Shown: positions 25,147 through 38,498 of the stretch, piece by piece
Numbering within the stretch: the stretch's first letter is position 1
Layout: each line of letters begins with the position of its first letter
DNA from: Ramazzottius varieornatus
Taxonomy: Eukaryota; Animalia; Tardigrada
NCBI GenBank assembly: GCA_001949185.1
Contig: BDGG01000005.1
Location: forward strand, 2,035,249 to 2,099,248
Direction: 5' to 3'
DNA length: 64,000 nucleotides
The notes under the pieces: generated by a model
What the model was told of the DNA's origin: nothing
The model's database searches: none
What the model saw: only the letters and a program-made list of their open reading frames with translations
Made by a program: the position numbers and the translations under genes

Positions 25147-28100
25147 ATGAAACTCCGCAGAAGTTCTCTTCTTTCTTCGTCTGGAAAGCTTTCTGATTTC
25201 TCTGTGATCTCTCTTGTGATCTGTATTTTACCTCCTTTATTGTGTAATGGCCAAGGTCCAGTTGCCAATTTCCCAGTGGGAGATTGTAACGTCGCAAAGC
25301 AGTGCGTAGGATGGCCGGAACCAACCTGCGTATCGCAAGGTCTGTGCTCCGAACTGGTCAAATGGACCTACAACCCTTCGTATCCCGCCAAAGTCAAGTT
25401 CGATCTATATGGAGTCCCTCCGATAGCCGGATCCACGAACTTTTGGATTGCTTTTGGACTCAACCACGTTACCGGCGCAATGGTAAATTTTCGTTTTTTG
25501 TTTATACTATTTTGGAACGTCGGCGATGAACTGAACATGATTAATATCTAAAGTGGCGCACGCTTTCATTGTTGATGGGCGAAAGTGTGCGCCACCTGGG
25601 AAAACGATCCTTTTCGGGTCATTTGCCGTCGTCTACTCTATTTCCTGTTTGATTTTGTGTTGTAGGCGGGAACGTTGGTGAACGAGTGCGTATATAATAA
25701 CGGAGCAGTGGATGTTTTCTCCTCCTACAATTCCGACAACGGTTACATCAACCGGCGGATCCCCGGCCAGGTATGAGAGAAACATAGATTGCCAGTCTCG
25801 TTCGTTGTCGCTGGAGTGGAACAAATTTAATGTCATGAAATAACTGACACCTGTGTCGGACTAACGTGTGTACATAGATCTCACGCTAGACTAATACGAT
25901 AATTTATTCTGACTTTCGGTTCGTTGGCCTTGATATTCATTGATCGAACTGCGGGGGACCGTTCCAACCTTTTTGGCCTTTTCCAGGAGAAACTTGGCGT
26001 TTCTGACCCGACAGGAGCTTATTCCAACGGCATCCTCAGTTGCTCCTTCTCCCTGGATCGGGTTCGAGACGTCAATGGCAAGAGTTTCGACTTGGCTTCC
26101 CCGCTGTTTGTTGTCCTCGGTGACGGACCGGCACTGCAGTGTAGGTGCACTCAACTTTGTTATGTTGATTTAGCCAACATCACCTGCCATTTACACGATA
26201 GCATCCGGCAATCTGCTCGACATGCGGCTTTCGCTGAACGTTATCCAATATTTGCCATGGCTCTTGGTGGCAAGCTGTTACCTCCAAAGAGAGGCTTCAG
26301 TCTGACTGATCGCGTTGCTTTTGTTGCTGACCCGACAATCGCAATCGATCTCCATAATAATCTACGTCAATTATGTCGAAAATGTCTGGAAAGTTAATTT
26401 TTATTCCGCTCAGTTCGGAGGACGAAAATCAGACTCGCCGGAGAATACTTTTATAAAAAGTATTTTTCCAAACAGTGAACATAGAAGATTGTTTATTTGA
26501 GGTCTTTTTCAGAATATGTTGAAGATTTTTTGCAGCAAAAATCAGTCTGGTAATATCTGGGCCGTCAGCAAATGAATTCACCCACATCGTTGTTTCAGGT
26601 GGCGCACATTTTCATTGTCGCTGGTTAAGAGAGTGCGCCACTCGGGAGAACGATCTGGATAAAGTCCGTTGCTGACGTCCCATTTGGGGAGACCAACGTG
26701 ACGTATTGGATTAGCATTTCCCACGACAGAACTGAATCGGAAATCTATGACCGTGAAAATTTAATCTGCCAGCACACGGAAATGAATCGAGATTAATTAC
26801 CGATGAATAAGGTCCTTACTTTTGATTTTTTTGCTAGGGTCTATCAAACCACACATGATGAACCCATTCACGTCCAGCCAAGCGTACACGATCGCCTCGG
26901 AGAACCAGCCGACACACTCTTACCCTAACCTGCAGAGTCTCAACACAGTCGCTCCGACGAACGCCGCCGTAGGACACTTCTTCAGCACTGAGAACTCTAG
27001 CGGAGAGTCCAACAAACAACTCCAAGATAGGTCATCGTCTCTGCAGTCCTCAGGTCCCAGCGTTATGCCGGCCACCATCGAGGGATGTGGAGTGACCAAG
27101 GGATGTCTGGCCACCCCATCCAACTGTCTCAACGCAGGCAACTGCCAAGCCATCTTGACGTACCAAAAGGATGCAGATCGGTCTGGCGAGTTCCGCTTTG
27201 AACTGTGGCGGACCATGACGTCGCCCAATGACCAATACGTAGCAATGGGCCTGAACCCAACATCTCCATCCATGGTGCTGCCTTCCATCTCATCTTCTTC
27301 TTCGCCTTATTTATATTTCTATGTCATCCTTTGTTTTCTAGCCCGGTACAGGAGTCGTTTCCTGCGTGAGTTACGGCAACACAGTGGACGTTATCTCTTC
27401 GTATAACCCAAGCTATTACAGTGTTCCCACCGACAATGTGAGTTCAGCCATTTGCCTATGCAAAGCTATACTATCTCAAATATAATTATTTTTATTTCAG
27501 TCCAAAGAAGGGATCACGGTTCTCCAGGCAGGGAAAGACGGAAGCCATCTCTACTGTCAGTTCTCCATGCAGCCAAAGAAGTCTTTCCGAGGCAGCTTTG
27601 CCAACTCACCTGTCGAAGTGGACTTGAGTCACCAGCAGTACCTCGTCCTGGCTTACGGACCGGCAAGGCCAACTGGTAAGATACCAAGAGATTTTCGTGG
27701 AAAAGTATCGTGTTTTTTGAGTCTCATCCGTCCCACGTTTGTTCTGCAGGAGCTGTCGGCAAGCATTCGGTCAGACCCTTGGCATCTGCGGCACCTGTGG
27801 CATTAGCCAACGTCGCGGTTGCCGCATCCGCAAACAACGACATGAGAAAAGCTCACGGTAAACTTTTCATATATTCCCTATTTATTCTTGTTGCTCTAAA
27901 CTACAAGGTTTTAACATCCTTCAGGTGGGCTGATGGTGGCAGCTTGGATGTTCTTAGCGAGCATCGGCATCTTCACCGCTCGATACTACAAAGATATGTG
28001 GCTGCAGTATCAACCGTGTGGTCTCAAGCTGTGGTTTCACGTAACTAGAGCAGATACCCGTTCTCCCTGAGAAGACTCCATACTTCTGTTTCTTTTACAG

Positions 28101-29151
28101 ATTCACAGACCCGTGATGGTATCAGTGGTCTCCATTACCATAGCCGCAATTGTCATAATATTCGTGGAGGTCGGTGGATGGACGCAGACTCCAGCGCAAC
28201 TGAACCCCCATCCGATTATCGGCATCATTGCCTTCGTTCTTGCTTTGATACAGGTAGATTAATACATAATCATACCACGAGTTTGCTAACCTGTTTGTTC
28301 TCGAATAGCAATTGGGAGACCGGCAAACGTACTGAACGATTTGTCAAGTGACGCACGTTTTCACTGTTATTGGCTGAAAGCGTGCGCCACTTCAGATGTC
28401 GACCTTGTGCGTTTCGTTTGCCGGCATGGCAATTCTTCTTGACAAAAACTGGTATGAAGCTGTTTTTCTTTCTAGCCAATAATGGCATTCTTCCGTCCAC
28501 ATCCGGGTGAGCCCAAGCGGTGGATCTTCAACTGGGCGCATTTCTCTGTTGGGTTCGCTGCACACAGCATGGCCAGTAAGCGCGAAATTCCTCTCTTGAC
28601 TTACGGCTGTGACTGTGTGATCGCCCATTTACCGACCTCCAAAACTTTTCGCTTTTTTAGTTGCCGCCATCTTCCTTGGTCTCCAAATGCCACAGCTCTC
28701 AGTGGACTATTCTTCCCTCTGGATCATGGTGGCCTTTTCCGCTTTCCATGTCTTGTGGCTCGTCCTCGCTCAACTCGTTGATTGGATCGCTCCCTGTGTT
28801 ACAAGTACAACAATACAGCTCGTCAGATACATCAGCTGCATGTCAGTTCTGGTAATCTGGCATTTTTGTCTTGCAGAAACAAAGCAAACTACAATCCAGA
28901 TGAAAACAACGGCCGGGAACGGTGTTATCTACGAGGATACCGTCGTTCACGAGAAAAATCCTGCAAATCCAGTATGTATTCCCTGTCACCACATAGTATA
29001 TGCCGTAACATACTCCAATACTCGGGCGTAACGCAACTTTTGGATTTTCTTACAGGCAAGCACCGTGAAGACGATAATGTGGTGGACCCATGTGCTGGTC
29101 GTTGCTGGACTGACGATAGCCATTTTGGTCCTAATAGGAATTTCGCCTTGA
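25147..29151 (+). CDS. Ferric-chelate reductase-like protein (two DOMON domains + cytochrome b561)
   Basis: Signal peptide; two Cys-flanked DOMON units (WIAFGLN..M; YVAMGLN..M); b561 His motifs KAHGGLMVAAW, WFHIHR, HPIIG and FRPHPGEPKRWIFNWAH. Confidence 0.85.
25514..25635. mobile_element. Palindromic element family A (reductase intron)
   Basis: AAGTGGCGCAC-N25-GTGCGCCACCTG. Confidence 0.8.
26559..26681. mobile_element. Palindromic element family A (reductase intron)
   Basis: GGGCCGTCAGCAA..TTGCTGACGTCCC arms; ATCT and ATTT flanks. Confidence 0.82.
28314..28430. mobile_element. Palindromic element family A (reductase intron)
   Basis: GGGAGACCGGCAAACG..CGTTTGCCGG arms; AATT on both flanks. 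Confidence 0.85.
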
Positions 29152-30387
29152 TGTTTTGATGACTAGTTGACGTAATTTTATGGTGCCAACAGAGCAGAAT
29201 TTAGAGCTCGTTTAATAGTTTTTATCTCAGCAGAGTTCTCTGGAATTATATTGTTCAATGTGAAAACGATTCTCCTTCCTTCAATCACGGGATCTAAATC
29301 GTGGTTTAAGGCTTACTCTATTTTTAGACTGAAGTGCTTGTCTTGAAAAAGGCTTAGGTACCGTTCTAGTCCAATAAAAACTGCTCGTGGACATTACTTT
29401 GCACTTCAAGCCAAAAATTTCGGAAAGGTCGGGGAAGCTTTCCAGGAATAGGTTGTCACTTTGCAAGCTGCGACTTGAGGATATTCCGTCGGGTTCTTCT
29501 GGTTAAAAGACTGGTCGCCAGAAGCTCCATCTCACAGTAACGCCAACTGATCGAATAAGCGCTCCAACACGTCCGAAGGACCGAAAGCGACCCTTATGGG
29601 GCCCTTCGGTGAAACTCAACCGGTCAGTTGAATGGACTCCACCAACGCACCACAAGTACCACGTGACATATTAGTCCGATCACGTGCACCTCGTTCAGTC
29701 CCGCACCCATTCTACCGGGATCGTCATCGACAACATGGCCAAGCACCAGATCTAGACTGCCTCCGCATTGACACCACAGAGGAACAGGATTGTCAGACAA
29801 AAACTGTGTGTGGCCAACTTGAGGTGACGCCCTAGCCTGAGCGGCTCGAGAGTAGGGGCTCGTTCGGGTTGGCGTTCTTTTCGTAAAGTTTTTCATGGGC
29901 ACAACTTTCAACCGAAATGTTTGATACTAACCGCCTCTTCAAGCTAGAAAACTCTCCTCAAACGCGTAGAAAATTTGTCGAAGAAGCACACCTCCCGCAA
30001 CTTGGTTACACACTGGAATTAAATCAGTATGGACCATTTGTTAAGTTAGGGATAGTAGCTTAGGGAATTTTCTCACGCCTTACCGCCAGACAGCCACACA
30101 GAGATGCCGACAAATGGCGATGTCTGGAGACAGCCCACTTATGACCTCACCGTTTCCGACTAGACGTGCATGAGTCATATTTGGTCGGTGGATGGCTCAT
30201 GGCTGGTGCAATAAATTTCGATATTTCACGTTTTCCATTCAGCCTATAATCCTGCCCGTCTGACAACCAGACGTCATTCAAACTGGCGCAACAAACCAAA
30301 ACAACTTTCCTGGGCAGTCCTTTGAGTTTTGTTTTCGTTTCTTGGAGAATTTTCCTACGTAATATTTCCCACTGCCGAACCCAGCCT

Positions 30388-32034
30388 ATGGCAGCTGCGG
30401 TGCTGATCGAATCGCTTGTCTTCCGGCGCCTGAGCAGCCAGGCACTGCAACATTTTCGAAGTTCATTCCTCGGAGCCCAAAAGTTTGTCCATGTGCGTTC
30501 TCATCTTTCACCTTACAAATCTTCTTCTTTAGGTTCTCTGTCCTAAGTTGTTTCTTACAGGTGGGTCTGCAGCCTCAGCATGGATTCTGTACATCGTTCC
30601 AGTTACGCGCATCGCAGAGCAAGGCCACCGGAAGTTACAATCCCACCGATCGCCACGCAGACTCTGAGCAGACAGGTCCGAACTCTCGACGGGAGGAAGT
30701 TGCATCGGAAGCAGAAGTGGCAAAAGAAGTATCAGACCAGGCCTTGCCCCACTTCAAAATCCAAAAAGAGATGTCGAGGTATACAAATGTGTCTCTCTAG
30801 TACAGATATCTCAAGTTAACTCGCCGACAACCTCGTTGGTGTTTCTTTAGTCAAGAGCAAGGGATGAAGATGAGCAGTGGCAAGAAGGGCGAGTTTCGCT
30901 ACCCTGAACCCGACGAGCTGGTGCCCAAAGAAGCACCAGCCATCGGAGTCATCTCCCTCCCGCATCCAATCTGGTCTCGCGAACAACTGGACTCTGTTGT
31001 GGTCGCCCACAAGGCACCCAAAGGCTTCGTAGACTGGTGTGCGTACCTTTCTGTGCAAGCACTTCGAAAAAGTAAGCCCCGCATTTCAGATATCCCTATT
31101 CGAGTGATAAGTCATCTTACCGGAACATTCGTAGGTTTCGACCTCACTTCCGGTTACACCTTCGGCAAGAAGAACGAAGCCAACTGGCTAAGGTACTCTT
31201 GGGAGTGCTTGCCGTACATACGGTATCCTGTCTAATCGTTTTTTTTGACGACTTTAGGCGTATCATCTTCCTCGAGACGGTGGCCGGTGTTCCCGGCATG
31301 ATGGGAGCAATGGTTCGTCACTTAAAGTCGTTACGATCGCTAAAGCGTGACAATGGCTGGATCCACACGTTGTTAGGTACGACAGCTTCTTCCGGCTCAT
31401 TTAAATGGAATTTCATCTAGTAGGTCGATTCGGATACTCTAGCTGCTATTTTGGGACTGTGTAGAGGAAGCCGAGAATGAGCGAATGCATCTGATGGTCG
31501 CTCTGCAGATCAAGCAACCGGGAAAGCTCTTCCGGCTGGGCGCAGTGGTGACCCAGGGCATCTTCGTCAACATGTTTTTCCTGGCGTACCTGGCCAGTCC
31601 CAAGTTCTGTCATCGCTTCGTGGGGTACTTGGAAGAGGAAGCCGTCAAGACCTACACAACCCTGTTGGACGACATCGCTTCCGGACGCATTCCCCAATGG
31701 ACGGACCGTCCGGCGCCCAAGATCGCCATCGACTACTGGAAGCTCCCCGTAAGCTCTCCTTCCATAGTCATTGCAGCAACCATCCATGCCAACTTTCCGT
31801 TTTCTCACAGGAAGGAGCGACTTTCTACGACATGTTTGCCGCAATGTAAGTATTTTCCACTCAGTTTCAAATGTTTAGTTCGAGTATATTCCGCGGGTTT
31901 GATTATCGTGAAACCTATCTGATATGTTCTCTGTGATACGCAGACGTGCGGATGAAGCGCACCATCGTTTGGTGAACCACACATTGAGCAGCATGCAGTC
32001 ACATCATTACAATCCGTTCAAGCCTGGTGCGTAA
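30388..32034 (+). CDS. AOX: Mitochondrial alternative oxidase
   Basis: Di-iron motifs [30 protein letters not shown] and RADEAHHR across spliceosomal introns. Confidence 0.95.
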
Positions 32035-32835
32035 TTCGTCGTCCCTCGAAGAAAACGCCTTCCAAGACCTTGGGCGCTGCTCCAGAGACTTCGGCGATCA
32101 TCTCAAGCATGCATGTCGCCCGCACGCCCATGCGAGGACAGGAAATAAATTTTTTGTACCGTAGTACTTTCAACTTTAAAAAATTTGATCGTCTAAGGGA
32201 TAGGAATCACCAAAGTGTCTACTACTGCTAACCCGTAGGAGTTGCTCGTATTCTCTGTGGAACCACGGTTTGAAGGTAATTTGTTACAGCATAAGAAAAA
32301 TTTTGGCAGCTCTCTGTGGATCTTTACGCTTGGTGCTCCGCCGCTCCGCCCGAGTAAGATATCCGAAACATTCATACGGGACTCCTTATCATGGCACTTT
32401 ACCCGCTCTCTTGTCCAGGAACCGTTTGGCGGTGGTAAAAGATGCGCTTACATTCTGATCAGGATGTGTTATACCGCTGGTGACATTGTAGTGTAGGACA
32501 TGACACCACCCGTGTTATGTAGCGTTAAAAGTTGTGACGTTATGCCTTACTTGATCTGTCAACATGCGTCTTTGAGTCAGTTTTTCGAGTTTTCTCCAGC
32601 GTCCAAATTCCAAGTTACCTTCAGCCTTTTTCCCGTTCTGCTGGATTCCGCATCTTAATACGCATTCTGACATGATGACCATGTAGCTCAGGAGCTTACC
32701 CTGGATTCATACGAACAAGAGTGCCTGTTGTTCGAAACACCGATGTCCACAACTTGAAACTCCCGGCAGAGATCTTTTGCAACTTCCGGTCGCTTGTGTG
32801 TCTTCAAGTTTTGCTCCATTGGTCCAAGACATATC

Positions 32836-35110
32836 ATGAGAACTTTCCTTCGACTTCCGTGGAGGTATGTTATGTGCCATTGTACCGATACACAGTGATT
32901 GCTCATCAGCATGACTGGAAACACCCTCCCTACAGGCGATGCCTGAGCACTTCCGGTGCCAGTGTTAGGTCCCTCCTGGAATTGCCGTCTCTATCGCCGG
33001 CTCAGTCAGAAAAGACCCATATAGCCCAGGTACGCTTTTGCCGTTACTACTGTTACATTGTATGTCCAACTGGTATGTTGCAGGGATGGATCAAAGGCAT
33101 CCGCCGCCTGAAGAAAGCAACTTTTTTCCATCTGGATGACGGATCATCCGTACATGCTCTTCAAGTTGTCGTACTGGACGAGCACCTACGTAACTTGTAA
33201 GAGTCCTTCTATCTTCGTGTAAATCGTGTTATGTTGCCAGCTCAAAGGGTGATTTCAGCGTAGACCAGGACTGTGCTTTGGATCAGCGGTGAGCGTCCGA
33301 GGCAATCTTGTTGCAAGTCCTTCTCCGCAGCAGCCGGTGGAATTAGTGGCAACCGATATTCATATCGACTCGGCCAACGATACTGAGGTGAGACTTCAAC
33401 CTTTTCTATTGTCTTCGTGGATGAATTCCCAGCGGAGTAATTTCTTCTGTTTGCAGGCTCATCCTTTTAAAGTGAAACAAACTGTACATCCCGATCAGTA
33501 CAGGCAGCACCTGCATCTCCGCCCACGGGTCGAACGTTTCGCCTCCATGATGCGAGTGCGAAGTGCGGCTGCCATCGCGATCCACGAATTCTTTCGCGTA
33601 GGTCCAAAAGTTACACAGTACTATCAGTTTGAGCTTTTTCGGAAGTTATGTGGTTTGCTATGATTAGGAGAATGAGTTTTTCCTTGTGCACACTCCCGTT
33701 TTGACCACGAACGACGCGGAAGGTGGCGGAGAAGCGTTCTCCGTAACCGTAAGTGTACTGTTTTGCACAATGCAGTCGAGTTGCTTCAAAAGGAGTTCAG
33801 CTTTGATTTTGTAGGTGGCAAATAAAGAGAAAGAGAAGAATAAGGCTGAAGAAGAGTTTTTCGGGTCTCCAGCATCTCTGACCGTATCCGGACAGCTTCA
33901 TCTAGAATCAGCTGCTTAGTCAGTTCCACTTTTCCTCATCACTGTACACAACGAGAGATCCTTGCATTCCGCAAAGTGCTTCTAATGACATATTTGTTTT
34001 GACAGCGGATTAAAACGTGCATATAACTTCAACCCAGCATTTCGAGCTGAAAGGCAGCAAAGTCGTCGCCATCTCTCGGAATTTTGGATGGTCGAAGCAG
34101 AAATGGCTTTCCTCGACAACTTCGATGGTTTATTGTTTGTGAGTACAGCGGAATATTTTTTAATGTTATGTTGCTTGCTCGTTCGACTTACTGATCGTAT
34201 GCTGTTTATTAGTGGATGGAAAATATGCTTAAATCGGTCACGGAAAAAGTCTTACAGACAGCGGCAGCTGATTTCAAGTACCATATGGACCATGTTGCCC
34301 CGAAAAACCACACGGTGCGTGCGGGAAATCTTACTTACGCTTTTGGCACCTCGCTGTGGAGCTCGGCAAACTAAACGCGACAAGTGTATTTCCCCAAGTG
34401 GCGCATTATCTCAGTTGCTGGCTCGAAAGTGTGCGCCACTTGGAAAATCGATCTTGCCATTTTTTCGCGTATATCTTAGTTCCTGGCTTGCTGTGAACTT
34501 GCTTTTGGTCACTGCAGGCTCTCATAGAAAAGATGGCGGAAAGTTCTTTCGTTCGGGTTCCTTATGACGAAGCCATGAGAATTCTGGAAAAACACTCAAT
34601 GCAGTTCAACACTCCACCCAAGGTTGGTTCTCTTGATTCTCTCAACTTTAGTGCGGCTCAAATTAAATCAAAGTATTGTTAAAATCAATGTATTCGAAAC
34701 TGTAGAAAGGGGAGAACCTTCACAGAGATCACGAAGTCTTCCTGGTCAAGCACTGTGGAGATGTTCCAGTCTTCGTTACAGAGTTCCTAGCGTCATGTAA
34801 GCCTTTCTACGCCCGAGAAATGACAGGAGACCGTTCGAAAGTGTTGGCAGCTGACTTGGTTGTTCCCGAAATTGGCGAGCTCTTTGGTGGTAGCCTTCGC
34901 GAACATCGCTACGATGTTCTTCGGAAAAAGTGCCAGTCGGCTGGACAGCTCGAAACTCTAGGCTGGTATTTGGAGCTAAGAAAACTGGGTTGTCCTCCTT
35001 GTGGAGGTTTCGGTATGGGATTTGAGAGGTATGTTCAGTTTTTGTTGGGTATTCCTAGCATCAAAGACGCCATACCGTATCCCCGGTGGATTGACCATTG
35101 TGCTCTATGA
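32836..35110 (+). CDS. NARS2: Mitochondrial asparaginyl-tRNA synthetase
   Basis: OB-fold [36 protein letters not shown] and [10 protein letters not shown]; transit-peptide-like N-terminus. Confidence 0.9.
34357..34483. mobile_element. Palindromic element family A (NARS2 intron)
   Basis: GGAGCTCGGCAAA arm and CCAAGTGGCGCA..TGCGCCACTTGG core. Confidence 0.8.
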
Positions 35111-35698
35111 ACAATGTGCTCTTGAATTTCTGGTGTTTCGGTTTACCGCCAAATCTACAAAGACTTCCGATATTTAATCAATAAAATTCAATGTCGACGG
35201 TCAAGATTACCGGATATCTGTGAATGACAGTTACGTGTAGTAGTGCTGCGTAAACTGAATTATACGAGAGCAGAGAAAGAGCATCTGAACGATTTCTCAA
35301 AGGACAGAAAGACGACGAAGAACGAGGAAGATTTTGAGATCGCAAAATCTGTTTATAATGATATGTCGCATAGTCTCTGGTATCAACCCTTATCTAGGAA
35401 CTTGCTGTACTTCCTGCATTGCGATGTTCCATTAGTTGTCGCGCTTTGTTTACAACGCTATACAGGTAATGTTTTCCTCATTTGCTTTCTCTTCTTGCTC
35501 CCACCCAACCGCTCCTGTTTTTATGTATAGAGGTTCTCAGCCGATTTCGCCTTCTATAGCATATGCTTTTCATGCTTATTGGCACGCTGGTGCCAGAAGT
35601 TATACGATCTGCTGCGCGTTTCCTAATAGAATCATTGAATTCAAATAGAATTGTTGAAAGCTTTACGGTTAGGGAATCTGACAGGAAATCTCAAATTG

Positions 35699-36897
35699 TC
35701 AGTAACGCTTCCTTTGCTGGTTCTCTTTCAAGGCTTTATCCAACTGCGTTGGGTTCTTGAACAGAGTTGACTTGATCTTGATGTCGAATCTGTAAGGAGG
35801 AACGGTTTATTTCATGCAGGCGATTGCAGCGACAAAGGATTTACCGGTGGAAAGGAAGATCATAGGATCCTACGCGTAGACGGAGCACAGGTTCGGCGCT
35901 ATGGGTCTTTTGCTTGCCTGAAGCTTGCTCCTCAAAGATCTTTATCGGAAGTGGCTCTTGCTGGACTGAAGTACAAGGAATTAAGGGGAAAAAATTGAAA
36001 ACACTGGAAAAGAATAAAGACTTGGCAGCACACGTTTTACCTGCTGCTTCAGACAGAGAGACGCCGACGCGGAAACGAACGTCCTTATGTTTGTCGGCGA
36101 AGTCGAACAGCTTCAAGACGTCTGTTTTTTTCTTGACATCAGCTGCAGCTTTCTCAAGTACATCAAAATACTGCTCGGCGTTGCAGAGCACCGCTTGAGT
36201 TGTGGAAAGAACTTTGGAGCTCACACTTCCGCGTTTTTTGTTGGTGATCGGAGAAACCGGCAACGGCTTATACTTCACTTCGAATCTCCATTCTTCGTAG
36301 ATAGTCTGTAAGCAAATCGAACAAGCCAGTTTCCCAAAGACTCCTCTGGGAGGGTGAAAGACCACGTCGCCTGCGTACAGCTTCGAAGTGACTATACCTG
36401 TGGATCTTTAACATCGAACAGCTGAAGAACCACATCAGCCATCTGGAAGAGAACAATTGCTACCCTCCTAAAATATTAGTCGTCTTAACGAACCAGAAAG
36501 GCTCTTACATCTTCGCTCTCGTTCAGACGAGGTACGATGGCGTTGAAGGCGTCCAGACAACGTTTGGCGTGTTTCCCAGCTTCGTCCTCCGCGGCTGGAC
36601 TTGGCTGCGGTCCTTTAAAGACTGGCGCGGTCAAACCTGCAAGAATTCTGTTCAGACACCTAAAGGACCGAAAGACCCGGAATACTCAGTTCACTCACCC
36701 ACGCGTAGTTCTCGTTCTTTGAAGCAGTCCTCCGGAAACAGATGTCTTTCCGACAGAACCTTCGAGAGACTGTAGACCAACAGCCGTTTTGTAGCTTGCG
36801 CGGACGTGGCAACGTTCACTATGTCTCCACTTGCCACAGGCTGAACCGAAGTGGCTCGGTCCTTTAGTCTAGAAATGATACTCTCGTTGAGGCTCAT
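35699..36897 (-). CDS. Divergent HORMA-domain protein (HORMAD/Hop1-like)
   Basis: Spliced product contains TKRLLVYSLSKVLSERHLFPEDCF, DPQTIYEEWRFEVKY and VGSYDLPFHRFDIKIK, which resemble HORMAD motifs. Confidence 0.65.
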
Positions 36898-37256
36898 GGT
36901 GGCGAAAAGGAACAATCGCTTGGAGATCACGGAGGAAAGAACTAGGGAGCAAGAAGTTGTTCCACACTTGTCAAAACTGCAACTGACCGTTGGACAACCG
37001 GAAGTTGGAAAAGGTAGCGACTTTGCGGAAAGCTGCTGTGACAAGCAGTAGAGAGTAAAGTAGGACTGCAATTCGTTAAAAAGATGGTGCATTAATCAAC
37101 AAATCAATCGAGAGTATTCCGTTGTATCGTGACGCATATGGCAAGCCCTACTGCGTCGGGGTGAAAATTGGTGCATGGACAAGAAATTAATCCTCGTTAT
37201 GAAGCTGGACTTCCTGTTGCTTTTTCCCACGATCAGTCTGACAGCCAGCTCTCAAA

Positions 37257-37924
37257 ATGGATATCTTTTCTCACTCCTTCCGCTTTGCGCATAGCTACCC
37301 TTCCTTCGGCCCCAGGAATGCATTGGGTGGTGATGGCTCGTGCGACCAATTGGTGCGGATCAAGCAGCGGGAGCTGATCCTCGAAAACAGACGGAAGCAG
37401 TTGTGCTATGGCGATAAGGATGAAACGGAGCATGTTGGCCCGGGTGAGACTTGGAATTATTTCTAGTTCCATGAAGCATAAAGAATCAACGTTCGTGTTT
37501 TACTTTTAGGCAGTGTGAATCGGACTAGTCAAGTTGCTGCTGGAACAGGAGAAATCTCCAACGACGAAGATGAGCAAGCATGTAGGAAATTACGAGTTAC
37601 CACTACTGGTCCGCTTTGTAGCGTTGTTAACGGCGAATTTCACGTGCAGCTAACAGTACTGTATATTTTTCAGCTTCAACGGGATCGCATTCCTTCGATG
37701 AGGCGGAAGACGATCCGGAAGAAGACGGGAACGATCTGCTGGGAGGAGATGTTTCCGAGCTGGACGAAGATCTTCAACCTCAAGATGGCTTCAACCCCGC
37801 GAGCGAGATCCCTGCTGTCGAAAGTTCCCTGCTGGAAGCTACAGAGACCTCAATAGCTATGAACAACTCTCTGGACGCCGCGCAGAACGACTGGACGGAC
37901 GAACTCGACCTTAGCACAACTTGA
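37257..37924 (+). CDS. Small acidic protein, weakly APC15-like
   Basis: Three exons join in frame; YPSFGPR motif, short helix and Asp/Glu-rich tail. Confidence 0.4.
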
Positions 37925-38498
37925 GCTTCTTAGTGCGTAGGTTTGTACATGTACAAGAATCAAACCTAGATTTCCAGTTAGAATTGCACACTTTTTATAC
38001 TTTACTCGGTGCCCATTTCATAGTCTCGGCACGACTCATTTAGCTTTGGTAATATCGATGCTTTGTACTTCTAGAATAATATCTGGATACCACATTCGAC
38101 CGTGTTAAAAAGTAGAAGAATAGTATCGAAGGGTGGTTATATTTACAAGTATTTCGTTTCAGTATTTGGACGCTATCAATGGAAACAATGCCCGATGAAG
38201 GTTTCAGAAAGCCACGAGATCACAAGAAGCCACATCACAAGGTATTTATTTTAGAATTTGTCTTGAATGAAGGAAGGCGCAGCTAGGTGACTGCCGTAGA
38301 TAGGAGGAAGTTGCCATCGTTGTCGCCCCCATTGGCGCAACGATCTGTCCGTAACCGGAGAAAACTGCGTAGAGTGTCAGCTCGTTAGGGGAAGGCAAGA
38401 AACTTGTTAGCAATCTGACGCTTTGGAGGAAAGTTGTTTGAATGTTAAATGCAGGAGGCAATCCACAAAAAGCTCTTCAGACGTACACTTCCGTGCCG

